Source: Bacteroidales bacterium UBA6680
Lineage (GTDB): Bacteria > Bacteroidota > Bacteroidia > Bacteroidales > UBA6680
Direction of reading: 5' to 3'
DNA: 64,000 bases
NCBI GenBank assembly: GCA_002454955.1
Contig: DKJY01000005.1
Span: forward strand, 3,784-67,783
Part shown: one piece after another, positions 20,484-30,669 of the stretch
Layout: each line of letters opens with the position of its first letter
Position numbering within the stretch: position 1 is the stretch's first letter
Translations under genes and position numbers: made by a program
The notes under the pieces: model-generated
What the model was told of the DNA's origin: nothing
Databases searched by the model: none
What the model saw: the letters and a program-made list of their open reading frames with translations, nothing else

Positions 20484-21623
20484 ATGAAAAAAGAAAAAGG
20501 AATCATAGTTATTGGAGGACACGTTCAGGGACTCGGAATTACAAGAATTTTTGGTAAAAGAGGTTTTGATATTGTTCTTTTAGATACAGAAAAATATAAC
20601 CTAACCAGAAATAGTAAATACTGTAAAACATTTATAAAGTATAATAAAGATCAGTTGTTTGATAAGCTAATGGAGATCGGAAACAGCGGACTATATAAGA
20701 ATTATCTTATTCTGCCAACAAATGATCTTCATGTTGGTATTATTAGTAAAAATAAAGATATCCTTTCCAGATTTTTCACTGTTGGTACGAGTAATTGGAA
20801 ATCCGTTGAGATGTGTTATAATAAGCGTATCACATATTCATTGGCAAAAGAGATAGGTATTCCTATAGCACAAACAGATACACCTGATACTATAGAGGAG
20901 TTAGAACAACTGGAACCAGAGTTTCCTTGTATTATAAAACCTGCTATAATGCACTCATTCTATAGTAAACTTAAAACTAAGGTTTTTGTATGTAAGAACA
21001 AGGATGAACTAATAAATAATTATAAAAGAGCTATAGAAGTTATAGCTCCCGAAGAAGTTATTGTTCAATCAATAATAAATGGAGAGAGCGAACACCTATA
21101 TTCTGCTTGCTTTCTGTTTGACGAAGACAAAGATATTATATCATTTGTAGCCCGAAGAGCAAGACAACATCCCCCAGATTTCGGTAATGCTACCACATTT
21201 GCTCAGATAGTAGATAACGATTATTTAATTGAAATATCAAAAAAACTACTATCAAAAATTAAATACAGAGGTGTTTGTGAAGTTGAGTACAAATACGATG
21301 AACAGAGCAATGAATATAAATTTCTGGAAATTAATCCACGTACATGGAAATGGCATTTAATTACAGAAACAGCAAATATTAATTTACTTGAAAATTACTA
21401 TAATCTTCTTACTGAAAAGAAAACAGAGAAGTATAATGGTTGTGAGAAATCTTCGTTCAGACATCTAATGACAGATTTACCAATGATAATTAAATACAAA
21501 CTTACCGGAAGGTATAAGAAATACGATAAATACCCTGTTAAGTATGGTGTTTTTGACATAAATGATATAAAACCATTTTTAGCTGAAATATTCTATCTTC
21601 CAATTTTAATGATAAAAAGGTAA
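20484..21623 (+). CDS. ATP-grasp carboxylate-amine ligase (D-aspartate ligase-like)
   Basis: LPTND, FPCIIKP, RQHPPDFG, CEVEYK, FLEINPR. Confidence 0.8.
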   Translation: MKKEKGIIVIGGHVQGLGITRIFGKRGFDIVLLDTEKYNLTRNSKYCKTFIKYNKDQLFDKLMEIGNSGLYKNYLILPTNDLHVGIISKNKDILSRFFTVGTSNWKSVEMCYNKRITYSLAKEIGIPIAQTDTPDTIEELEQLEPEFPCIIKPAIMHSFYSKLKTKVFVCKNKDELINNYKRAIEVIAPEEVIVQSIINGESEHLYSACFLFDEDKDIISFVARRARQHPPDFGNATTFAQIVDNDYLIEISKKLLSKIKYRGVCEVEYKYDEQSNEYKFLEINPRTWKWHLITETANINLLENYYNLLTEKKTEKYNGCEKSSFRHLMTDLPMIIKYKLTGRYKKYDKYPVKYGVFDINDIKPFLAEIFYLPILMIKR

Positions 21624-22717
21624 TGCGCAATATTCTATTAGAAGTAAACCATCCGGGACAAGTACATTTATTTAAATATATCTATAAAGAACTGGTAAAA
21701 AACGGTAATAAAGTTACTGTTACCACAAAAGAAAATAAGACGATTGAGTATCTTTTAAAAAAATACAATATACCGTACCAAACTATTGGTAAAAAGCGAA
21801 ATGGTATTGTTAAAAAGATTCTGAATCAATTAATACATGATTATAATACATATAAGATAGTCAGAAAACATAAGATTAATATAGGTATTGGTAGTTCTAT
21901 AACAAATGATCATCTATCTGCATTTACGTCATTAAAATCAATCCATTTTAGTGATGATGATGAATACATTGTTCCTTATATATCTAAATTTTCGTATCCT
22001 TTTTCTGATCTAATTATTTCACCAGACTCTTTGTACTTCCCTAAATTTCATAAAAAAAACATTGGTTATGCAGGAACTCATGAATTAGCATATCTGCATC
22101 CAAAAAGATTTAAACCTGACGTAAATATTATTAAAAATATTGGCTTAACTGAAAACGATACTTTCTTTGTTCTAAGATTTGTTGCCCTTACCGGACATCA
22201 TGATGCCGGACATAAAGGTATATCTTTAGAACAAAAAAGAGATTTAATAAGTTTTCTAAAACCTTTAGGAAAAATATTTATTACATCAGAAAAGGAAATT
22301 GAACCTGAATTTGAACAATATAGATTACCTGTTGCACCACATGAGATACACTCGCTTCTCTACTATGCCACAATGTTTATGGGCGATAGTCAAACAATGA
22401 CTACTGAAGCTGCAATTTTAGGTACGCCTGCTATAAAATGTAACACCTTTGCCGGAAGATTATCTGTACCAAATAATCTGGAATCAGAACATGGTATCTG
22501 TTATGCATACAAACCTGATGATTTTGATAAGTTTATGGATAAGGTAAAATCTATGCTCAAAAATAGCAATATCAAAAAAGAGTGGAGAGAAAAAGTTAGT
22601 AAGTTTTTAGAGACTAAAATAGATGTAACAGCATTTATGGTATGGTTTATTGAAAACTATCCTGAAAGTGAAAAAATAATGAGAGAGAATTCTGATTATC
22701 AATACAATTTCAAATAA
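21623..22717 (+). CDS. DUF354 family glycosyltransferase-like protein
   Basis: HPGQVHLFK, HELAYLHP.RF.PD, GDSQTMTTEAAILGTP. Confidence 0.85.
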   Translation: MRNILLEVNHPGQVHLFKYIYKELVKNGNKVTVTTKENKTIEYLLKKYNIPYQTIGKKRNGIVKKILNQLIHDYNTYKIVRKHKINIGIGSSITNDHLSAFTSLKSIHFSDDDEYIVPYISKFSYPFSDLIISPDSLYFPKFHKKNIGYAGTHELAYLHPKRFKPDVNIIKNIGLTENDTFFVLRFVALTGHHDAGHKGISLEQKRDLISFLKPLGKIFITSEKEIEPEFEQYRLPVAPHEIHSLLYYATMFMGDSQTMTTEAAILGTPAIKCNTFAGRLSVPNNLESEHGICYAYKPDDFDKFMDKVKSMLKNSNIKKEWREKVSKFLETKIDVTAFMVWFIENYPESEKIMRENSDYQYNFK

Positions 22718-23478
22718 TGGATTTTACGGTAAAAAAATACATAGAGCTAATAAAAGCATTAAAAGTTGAAGGATATGTTTTCAAAACATATGCCGAAGCA
22801 TTAGAGTCTGGTTTTGAAAATACTATTGTTTTAAGACACGATGTTGACAAACTTCCTAATAACTCATTGCTATTTGCAACAATACAAAACAAGTTAGATA
22901 TAAAGGGTAGTTACTATTTCAGAATTGTCCCTGAAAGCTATGATACCAATGTAATAAAAGATATTGCTAATATGCATCATGAAATAGGATATCATTACGA
23001 AGACTTAACCCTTTGCAATGGCAATGTTGAAAATGCATATGAATCTTTTGTTTCAAACCTGAACAATATAAACAGTTTAGCTCAGGTAAAAACTATATGT
23101 ATGCATGGTAGCCCTATGAGTAAATGGGATAGTAAAGATATATGGAAAGAGTACTCATACAAAAAACTTGGAATTATAGGAGAACCATATTTTGATACTG
23201 ATTTTAACAATATATTCTATATAACAGATACAGGAAGACGCTGGGATGGAGATAAAGTAAGTGTAAGAGATAAAGTAAACAGTAACTCTTTCTCGTCATT
23301 ATCATTTAGCACAACAGATGAAATAATATCTGCAATTAATAATGGTAAATTCCCAAAATCTGCAATGTTTACGTTTCATCCGCAACGATGGACTGATAAT
23401 AAACTGTTTTGGATTAAAGAGCTAGTATTACAAAGAATAAAAAATATAGTAAAGCGACTATTATATGTTAAAAAATGA
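22717..23478 (+). CDS. Polysaccharide deacetylase-like protein
   Basis: LRHDVD, HEIGYHYE, CMHG, HPQRW. Confidence 0.65.
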   Translation: MDFTVKKYIELIKALKVEGYVFKTYAEALESGFENTIVLRHDVDKLPNNSLLFATIQNKLDIKGSYYFRIVPESYDTNVIKDIANMHHEIGYHYEDLTLCNGNVENAYESFVSNLNNINSLAQVKTICMHGSPMSKWDSKDIWKEYSYKKLGIIGEPYFDTDFNNIFYITDTGRRWDGDKVSVRDKVNSNSFSSLSFSTTDEIISAINNGKFPKSAMFTFHPQRWTDNKLFWIKELVLQRIKNIVKRLLYVKK

Positions 23479-23564
23479 TAATTTATTAGTTTCTTTGTAA
23501 TAGTTTGCATGAGAGCATTTACCCCCGAATTTTTATTATTATAAATTTTTTAAAAGCTTGATAA

Positions 23565-25091
23565 TTGAAGAAAAACAGATTTTTATTCTCAATTCTGATT
23601 GCTGATATATTTATTGTCAGTATCTCTTTCTTTTTACTTGTTTGGGTAAAACCAGCCTCGCTACGATACTATTTACCAAACTATATAGACCTTTTTTTAC
23701 CATTTCTTGCATTCTGGATTTTAGTTTCATTCATATTCAAGAAATATCACTCTATAAAAAATGAACCTGGTATACTCACCAGACGTAAGATATTGTTCGT
23801 TAATATTTTTATTACATCCGTAGTATTATCGCTCATCATTATTTTCGATTATGTTAAACTATCGCGGTTAATATGGCTAGGAACAATTATCTCTTCAACT
23901 ATACTTGAAACAATTATGCTTGTAATAATTGACTGGTACAGAGAAAGTGTAATTGTAGATCAGGATCATATAAAAAAGTTACCTAAAAGTGCCAGAGCAA
24001 AAAGAGCAAGAAAGAAACACAGACATGCACACAGAGAGGTAGCCTATAATGAGTTTGCTCACGAAAATATATCAAAAACATTTGGCGATAAAGTATTTGA
24101 TCATATAAACTCTTATATTAATATTGATTCAACCGGTACACTTGTTTTATCAACAAGTTCACATGAAAATATAGATCTTCAGCCTTGGGATGAGTTTGAT
24201 GGTATAATAAATTTGGAACGAATTAATAATATAAGATATCTAAATAAATTCTTTGAATCATCAAACAGGAAACTGGACAATGGAGGATTATTTATTGTTT
24301 GGGTTGAAACCAAAGATGAGCGCAAAAGACGATTATTAGGTAAATATCCAAAAGGTTTTAACTACATATATTACTCTTTTGATTTTGTTTTTAAACGCTT
24401 CTTTCCTAAGTTTTCGCTAACAAAACGCACCTACTTTTTACTAACGCGAGGTAATAACAGAGTAATTTCTCGTGCCGAGGCTCTTGGACGATTGTATTCG
24501 TGTGGTTTTGAAATTATAAACGAAACAGAGATTGATAATAGATTGTTTGTTGTTGCCAAAAAAATAGGTGATCCGGTTTTTGATATGAATCCTACATACG
24601 GACCACTTATAAGCTTAAGACGTATTGGTAAAGAAGGAAAACTTTTCAGAGTATATAAGATGCGAACTATGCACCCATATTCAGAATATCTTCAAGATTA
24701 TGTATATAAACTAAACAGTTTGCAAGAAGGGGGTAAATTTAAAGATGATTTTCGTGTTACAACGCTCGGAAAATTTGCTCGTAAGGTATGGTTAGACGAA
24801 CTACCAATGATATGGAATTTTATTAAAGGTAATATGAAAATTGTTGGTGTAAGACCATTAAGTCGTCACTATTTTAGTTTATATTCAAAAGAGCTACAAG
24901 AGTTGCGCACAAAGGTTAAACCCGGACTTATACCTCCTTTTTACGTTGATAATCCTGTTACTTTAGAGGATATTATGGAATCAGAAAAAAAATACCTTAA
25001 TGCATATATAAAAAAGCCAATAAGAACAGATATAAAATATTTTTGGCTGGCATTCTACAATATTGTATTTAAAAAAGCCAGAAGTAATTAA
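23565..25091 (+). CDS. Initiating phosphoglycosyl (sugar) transferase
   Basis: N-terminal TM segments; C-terminal Bac_transf motifs YKMRTM, DFRVT..G, LDELP, VGVRP, KPGL; TTG start is uncertain. Confidence 0.85.
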   Translation: MKKNRFLFSILIADIFIVSISFFLLVWVKPASLRYYLPNYIDLFLPFLAFWILVSFIFKKYHSIKNEPGILTRRKILFVNIFITSVVLSLIIIFDYVKLSRLIWLGTIISSTILETIMLVIIDWYRESVIVDQDHIKKLPKSARAKRARKKHRHAHREVAYNEFAHENISKTFGDKVFDHINSYINIDSTGTLVLSTSSHENIDLQPWDEFDGIINLERINNIRYLNKFFESSNRKLDNGGLFIVWVETKDERKRRLLGKYPKGFNYIYYSFDFVFKRFFPKFSLTKRTYFLLTRGNNRVISRAEALGRLYSCGFEIINETEIDNRLFVVAKKIGDPVFDMNPTYGPLISLRRIGKEGKLFRVYKMRTMHPYSEYLQDYVYKLNSLQEGGKFKDDFRVTTLGKFARKVWLDELPMIWNFIKGNMKIVGVRPLSRHYFSLYSKELQELRTKVKPGLIPPFYVDNPVTLEDIMESEKKYLNAYIKKPIRTDIKYFWLAFYNIVFKKARSN

Positions 25092-25101
25092 TATTTCACA
25101 T

Positions 25102-25983
25102 ATGAAAAAAATACTATTTAAATTATTAAGATATAGTGGTTTACCATTTATATTTAGAGAATTTATTCAAAAAAATAAAGTTACAATTATACTCTTCCAT
25201 GATATTGATAAAAGTACAACAGAAAAAACATTCTCATATCTGGAAAAGAAATACAACATAATAAGTTTAGATAAATATCTGAAAGCTATTAACGATAATA
25301 GTATTACGCTTCCAAATAAATCGCTAATAATAACATTTGACGACGGACACATTAGAAATTACGAAATGTTAGATGTTATAAAGAATAAGAAAATTCCAAT
25401 TACTATATTTTTATGCTCATCAATCATTAATACAAACAGGCATTTCTGGTTTAAATACAAACACTCTAACATTATAACAAGTAAACTAAAAAGAATATCA
25501 AATAAAGATAGATTATTAAAGCTCAAACAAGCTGACTTTGAACAAACGAAAGAATTTAGCAGTCCTCAAGCACTGAGTAAAGAACAGATATTAGAAATGA
25601 GTAAATGGATTAATTTTCAATCGCATACATCATTTCATCCATGTTTACCAACATGCAACGATAACGAAGCTCTTTCTGAACTTGGTGATTCTAAACGATT
25701 TCTTGAAGAAGAATATAATTTTAATATAAATACTATATCGTATCCTAATGGAGATTATTCTGAAAGGGATATAAAAATATCGAAAAAAATTGGCTACAAA
25801 TGCGGCATTACTGTAGACTATGGTTTCAATACCCTTAAAACAGATATATTTAGATTAAAAAGATTGTCGGTAAATGATACTAATAATATTGATGAACTAT
25901 CTGTTAAAGCAAGTGGTGTATGGGCTTTTTTAAAAACCAGAAATGGTAAAAAACAAACATTTGGTTTAAACGAGAATATATAG
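25102..25983 (+). CDS. Polysaccharide deacetylase (CE4)
   Basis: ITFDDG, QSHT..HP.L, SYPNG; start taken at the ATG at 25102. Confidence 0.9.
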   Translation: MKKILFKLLRYSGLPFIFREFIQKNKVTIILFHDIDKSTTEKTFSYLEKKYNIISLDKYLKAINDNSITLPNKSLIITFDDGHIRNYEMLDVIKNKKIPITIFLCSSIINTNRHFWFKYKHSNIITSKLKRISNKDRLLKLKQADFEQTKEFSSPQALSKEQILEMSKWINFQSHTSFHPCLPTCNDNEALSELGDSKRFLEEEYNFNINTISYPNGDYSERDIKISKKIGYKCGITVDYGFNTLKTDIFRLKRLSVNDTNNIDELSVKASGVWAFLKTRNGKKQTFGLNENI

Positions 25984-26076
25984 ATAAGTTAACAAATATG
26001 ATAACAATTTTCTTACACATAAGAATTATTAAATAACACTAATTCTATATGACTTTTAAAAAACAATTTTAGATAT

Positions 26077-26835
26077 ATGAAAATAGGACTACTTTCTTCA
26101 GGTGCAATATCAGAATATAGGTTACAAACCCTCAAACCTATTTTTGAGGATAATAATATGAGTATAAAATTAGTAATTGTTGATGACAGACCAAAAAAAT
26201 CTATTAAACAAAAAATTAAAAAGAATTTTAAAAGAGGAAGAGGTGGATATATGTTGATTATGGCTATAAAAAGCATACTATTCCAAAAAAAGGATTCTGC
26301 ATCTTTAAACATAAAAGACTTCTGTTCAGATAAAAATATAGATATAATTAGAACCGTAAAACCATACTCTGATATAACTATAAGTAATATCAAGAAATAT
26401 GATCTTGATGTCTTAATTCTTATTGGAGGATATGGAATAATAAAACCTAAGCTACTAAATATTACAAAATTTGGTGTATTATCTTACCATCATGGTAATA
26501 TGCGAAGATACAGAGGTATGCCTCCTGCATTCTGGGAATTATACAATAACGAAAAAGAGATCGGAATTACTGTTCAAGTACTTGCTGAAGGTCTCGATTG
26601 CGGTATTCCAATAACAGAAAAAACAATCAAAATAAACAAAAAAGATAGCTATTCATCTATTAAAAGGAATCTCAGAGAGATTAGCGTGGATATGATGTAT
26701 ACTTCCCTAAAAAAACTATCAGATAGTAACTTTGTTCCAGAGAAAATAACAACTTTTGGTAAAGTTTATACACTACCGAATCTTAGACAATGGCTAATAT
26801 TCAGTACAAAACTATTTTTAAGAAAATTTTTATAA
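26077..26835 (+). CDS. Formyltransferase family protein
   Basis: HHG...YRG.PP.FWE, GITV, GLDCG. Confidence 0.8.
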   Translation: MKIGLLSSGAISEYRLQTLKPIFEDNNMSIKLVIVDDRPKKSIKQKIKKNFKRGRGGYMLIMAIKSILFQKKDSASLNIKDFCSDKNIDIIRTVKPYSDITISNIKKYDLDVLILIGGYGIIKPKLLNITKFGVLSYHHGNMRRYRGMPPAFWELYNNEKEIGITVQVLAEGLDCGIPITEKTIKINKKDSYSSIKRNLREISVDMMYTSLKKLSDSNFVPEKITTFGKVYTLPNLRQWLIFSTKLFLRKFL

Positions 26836-27207
26836 TTTCTTTAAAGTAAGCATTATAAAAAAGGTTAAACAACCAGACAGCGCTCCAATAATATTTGCAA
26901 GCATATCTATATTATTATATGATCTTTCAGGTATAACTAACTGAATCATTTCTAATGTAATTGCCATAAACACCATTGTTACCAACGTATGCATAAAGCT
27001 ATATCTTCTCTTTACGTATAAATATCTGCAATATATAAATGCAATAAACAAAAGCATAAAAAAATGCGATATATAGTCTGCACGTATACTTAACAGTTTG
27101 ATTTTATATAGATCTGTAATTAATAACGATGGTAGAGCTGATAACAGAATACCAATAAAGGCAACATAAAAAATAATACTACTTTTAGCTCTGTTTCTGC
27201 TTATCAT
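26830..27207 (-). CDS. VanZ family membrane protein
   Basis: DY..HF, LE.IQ..IP.R....D..AN..G pattern; start uncertain. Confidence 0.75.
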   Translation of the reverse strand: MISRNRAKSSIIFYVAFIGILLSALPSLLITDLYKIKLLSIRADYISHFFMLLFIAFIYCRYLYVKRRYSFMHTLVTMVFMAITLEMIQLVIPERSYNNIDMLANIIGALSGCLTFFIMLTLKKL

Positions 27208-28246
27208 CTCTGTATATCTTAACAATGGTAGCTATATCTGCTTTCAGATCAGAATATATAAAGTCAAGTTCTTTAGTAATCAACGTACCATTATAAAAAT
27301 ATGAATTAAAAATAGATTTTTCTAACTGTTTGTTAAACTTATTTCTTATTCCAACTCTATTGAATAATTCTCCTATAAAAGTAATTGGTTTAAATAACCA
27401 TCTCTTAACTAATTTAGTTGGTGCTTTATTTCCCAAAACTTCACATACTAAATATATAAGATCTTTATAAGATAAATTATCTGATGATATAATAAATCTC
27501 TTACCCTCTTCTTTACTATCAATAGCCGAAATAACTGCATCTATTACGTGATATACAGATGTATATCCGTTATATGCTTCTGTAAAGAATGGCAAACCAT
27601 TGTCAATCTGTTTAATTATCGATGGACTACCATTACTCCAATCACCGGGTCCTATTATTATTGAAGGATTAAGAATTATTGCATTTACACCCTGATATAT
27701 ACCTCGCCATATCTCCATCTCTGATTCAAATTTAGATATAGAATATGCCGATTTATTTTTGCTACTTTTCCAGATATTTTCTTCTGTGTGTTCTTCACCA
27801 TTATCGGTATCACCTAACGAAGCTATTGAACTCAGATGAATTAAACGCTTTACTCCAGATTCAAGACAAGAATCTACAACAGATGATGCAATATCAATAT
27901 TAGAGTTTATAACACTATTTTCATCACCAGGTCTGAATGATATTACTGCTGCACAATTAATAACACAGTCAACCTCAGAAAATAGCTCTTTTAATCTTTT
28001 TCTATCAGTTAAATCACATTCAATCCAATTAATATCTTCAGATATTTCTTTGTAGTTATCAGAATAGAAAGAGAATATTTTTTCAGCTTTTAAGATAGAG
28101 GACTCATCTCTGTAGGTAGCAAACAGTCTATATCCCTTATCAGATAGTTTATGCAGCAAATGCGCACCAACCATCCCGGTTCCTCCTGTTACTAATATTT
28201 TACGTATTGTGGTGTCTGATTTCAACTCTATTATTGTTCGGTTCAC
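27185..28246 (-). CDS. NAD-dependent epimerase/dehydratase family protein
   Basis: VTGGTGMVG, HLSSIA, YSISK (YxxxK), LNPSIIIG. Confidence 0.88.
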   Translation of the reverse strand: MNRTIIELKSDTTIRKILVTGGTGMVGAHLLHKLSDKGYRLFATYRDESSILKAEKIFSFYSDNYKEISEDINWIECDLTDRKRLKELFSEVDCVINCAAVISFRPGDENSVINSNIDIASSVVDSCLESGVKRLIHLSSIASLGDTDNGEEHTEENIWKSSKNKSAYSISKFESEMEIWRGIYQGVNAIILNPSIIIGPGDWSNGSPSIIKQIDNGLPFFTEAYNGYTSVYHVIDAVISAIDSKEEGKRFIISSDNLSYKDLIYLVCEVLGNKAPTKLVKRWLFKPITFIGELFNRVGIRNKFNKQLEKSIFNSYFYNGTLITKELDFIYSDLKADIATIVKIYRDDKQKQS

Positions 28247-28698
28247 AATTTAAACATATCAAAACTAAAATCGTTTTTTTTCCATATAAGTTTTTTACCA
28301 AAACCAAGTCTGTTATCAGTAAATTTCATATATGATAAATCTATTGCCCACATTGATGTTTGCTTTAATATAGCATAAGGAAAACGTTTAAGATAAACCT
28401 TTCTCGCTTTTTTATATTCATCGCCTTGCAGTTCGGTAATATATCCCTGAAATTGTAAACCTCTTATTAATCCAATAGTTTTTGTTTCAAGAACAATAGA
28501 TCCTGCAACCATAATGTTATGTGCAGTGTCTTTTATATGTTTTGTACTCTTATCTGATGTAAAAATAAACCTGTTATCATCTTCAGAAAACACGTAAAAG
28601 CAATTTGCACAATATGGCTCTTCATCAAAACATGTTGCCATTGTTAATACATGATGCTCATTTATAAATTCAATAACACGTGTATCTGGTTTGCTCAT
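28243..28698 (-). CDS. Pyridoxamine 5'-phosphate oxidase-like (YhbP-like) protein
   Basis: HVLT.AT, PYCANCFY, IRGLQFQG, KFTDNRLGFGKKL.W. Confidence 0.85.
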   Translation of the reverse strand: MSKPDTRVIEFINEHHVLTMATCFDEEPYCANCFYVFSEDDNRFIFTSDKSTKHIKDTAHNIMVAGSIVLETKTIGLIRGLQFQGYITELQGDEYKKARKVYLKRFPYAILKQTSMWAIDLSYMKFTDNRLGFGKKLIWKKNDFSFDMFKL

Positions 28699-28839
28699 TT
28701 TATAATATTAAAATAATAAGGAAACACAAATATGACAAATAATCTTGAATGCATAAAACGATTTATTATATAAATGATAATGTGGGTAATATATTTTTCT
28801 TGTATTTTTATAACCAGATGAATAACTAAAATTTAGAAT

Positions 28840-29442
28840 ATGTTTTCAGGAATTGTTGAAGAGGCTGCTAAAGTAGTTAATTTAGAGAAAGATCAGGAGA
28901 ATCTTCATATTACTATGGAGTGTTCTTTTGCTGACCAATTAAAAATTGATCAGAGTGTAGCTCACAATGGCGTTTGTTTAACTGTAGTAAAAACGGATAA
29001 AGAGAAAAAGACATATACAGTTACTGCTATTAAAGAGACTCTTGAGAAATCAAATCTTGGACTTTTAGAAACAGATAGTAAAGTGAACCTTGAAAGAAGT
29101 ATGACAATGGACAAACTTCTGGACGGACATATGGTTCAGGGACATGTTGATCAGACAGCTAAGTGTATTAAGGTAGAAGAAGCTGATGGTAGTTGGTATT
29201 ATACTTTTGAATATGACAAAACAAAAGGTAATATTACAGTTGAAAAAGGTTCTGTTTCTGTTAACGGAGTAAGTCTTACTGTTGTAAACTCTAAAGAGAA
29301 TACATTTCAGGTAGCAATTATACCTTTTACGTATCAACTTACAAACTTCCATACATTTGAAGTTGGAACTGTTGTTAACCTAGAGTTTGATATAGTTGGT
29401 AAGTACATTCAGAAAATTATGGCACAGTACATGAATAAGTAA
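28840..29442 (+). CDS. ribE: Riboflavin synthase (alpha chain)
   Basis: MFSGIVEE, SVAHNGVCLTV, VNLER, GH.VQGHVD, NGVSLTV. Confidence 0.97.
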   Translation: MFSGIVEEAAKVVNLEKDQENLHITMECSFADQLKIDQSVAHNGVCLTVVKTDKEKKTYTVTAIKETLEKSNLGLLETDSKVNLERSMTMDKLLDGHMVQGHVDQTAKCIKVEEADGSWYYTFEYDKTKGNITVEKGSVSVNGVSLTVVNSKENTFQVAIIPFTYQLTNFHTFEVGTVVNLEFDIVGKYIQKIMAQYMNK

Positions 29443-29446
29443 TTAT

Positions 29447-29476
29447 TAAAAAAGCACTCAATTGAGTGCTTTTTTC
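29447..29476 (+). terminator. Intrinsic terminator after ribE
   Basis: aaaaaagcactc-aatt-gagtgctttttt. Confidence 0.8.
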
Positions 29477-29561
29477 TTTTCAACGACTATTAAAGGTTAA
29501 TAATCTCTTAACATTCGGTGTTGTTATTTGTCTTATTATTGAATTTTAAAGTAAAGTAGAT

Positions 29562-30605
29562 ATGGGATCTTCTTCACCAAAACGAATGGCTATATTTCTT
29601 TCAGCGATATCAGCAATAATTGCCGGCTGTTTCCTTTTTATATTTGTTCCTTTACCAAAACCAGAATCAGTACTACCTATTTTGGTTATTATACTGGGTA
29701 TTTTTATATTCAATTATGTAGGATCTTTTTACCTACTTAACAAATTTCTTTTTGATAGAATATTACCTATATATAAAACTATACATGGACTTAATTTCTC
29801 AGAAAAGGAGTTACGAAAACAGATTGAAAATACCAATGTAGTATATAACATTGATAAAGATGTTAAACATTGGACTCTGCAAAAAACAAAAGAGATTGAC
29901 AGATTACGTGAGATGGAAAAGTACCGTAAAGAATTTCTTGGTAATATATCACACGAATTAAAAACTCCAGTATTTACTATTCAAGGGTATATATTAACTC
30001 TGTTGGATGGAGGATTAGAGGATGAATCAATAAATAGAAAATACCTAGAAAGAGCGGAGAGAAGTGTATCCAGAATGGCCAATATACTTGAAGATCTTGA
30101 CGAGATTGCTAAACTAGAATCAGGCACTCTAAATCTTAAAACAGAAACTTTCAATATCCATCAACTTGTTGAGGAGATAGTTGAACAACAAGAAATTCTT
30201 GCAAAAAAATCAGCAGTTAGTTTTGATATACCCACCAAAAATGACAAAACACTTCTTGTTGAAGCTGACAGACAACAAATATTTCAGGTTCTTACCAACC
30301 TTGTTACAAATGCTATAAAATATGGTAAAGACAATGGGACTGTTAAAGTTAGTTATATTGATATGCATGATAGAGTACTTATTGAGGTTAAAGATAATGG
30401 TCCTGGTATTCCAGAAGAGGCTATACCAAGGTTATTTGAGCGATTTTACAGAATAGATAAAAGCAGATCTCGTGATCAGGGAGGTTCTGGTTTGGGGCTT
30501 GCTATTGTAAAACACATTATAGAAGCTCATCAACAATCTATTCAAGTTTCAAGCAAAATAGGAGAAGGTACATCATTTGTTTTCACTCTTACAAAGAAAC
30601 AATAA
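29562..30605 (+). CDS. Sensor histidine kinase (PhoR/RprX-like)
   Basis: H-box SHELKTP, N-box NAIKY, DNGPGI, FERFYR, GSGLGLAIVKH; no response regulator adjacent. Confidence 0.93.
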   Translation: MGSSSPKRMAIFLSAISAIIAGCFLFIFVPLPKPESVLPILVIILGIFIFNYVGSFYLLNKFLFDRILPIYKTIHGLNFSEKELRKQIENTNVVYNIDKDVKHWTLQKTKEIDRLREMEKYRKEFLGNISHELKTPVFTIQGYILTLLDGGLEDESINRKYLERAERSVSRMANILEDLDEIAKLESGTLNLKTETFNIHQLVEEIVEQQEILAKKSAVSFDIPTKNDKTLLVEADRQQIFQVLTNLVTNAIKYGKDNGTVKVSYIDMHDRVLIEVKDNGPGIPEEAIPRLFERFYRIDKSRSRDQGGSGLGLAIVKHIIEAHQQSIQVSSKIGEGTSFVFTLTKKQ

Positions 30606-30616
30606 TCACTAAAATA

Positions 30617-30650
30617 AAAGCCTGCATTTGTTATTCTAAATGCAGGCTTC
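30617..30650. terminator. Hairpin terminator between convergent genes
   Basis: aagcctgcattt...aaatgcaggctt. Confidence 0.7.
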
Positions 30651-30669
30651 AAAACTTACTCAGATCAAC

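Noticed and set aside
29562-30605. Orphan histidine kinase as a novelty
   Set aside because: Ordinary PhoR/RprX-like kinase; its partner regulator may simply be encoded elsewhere.
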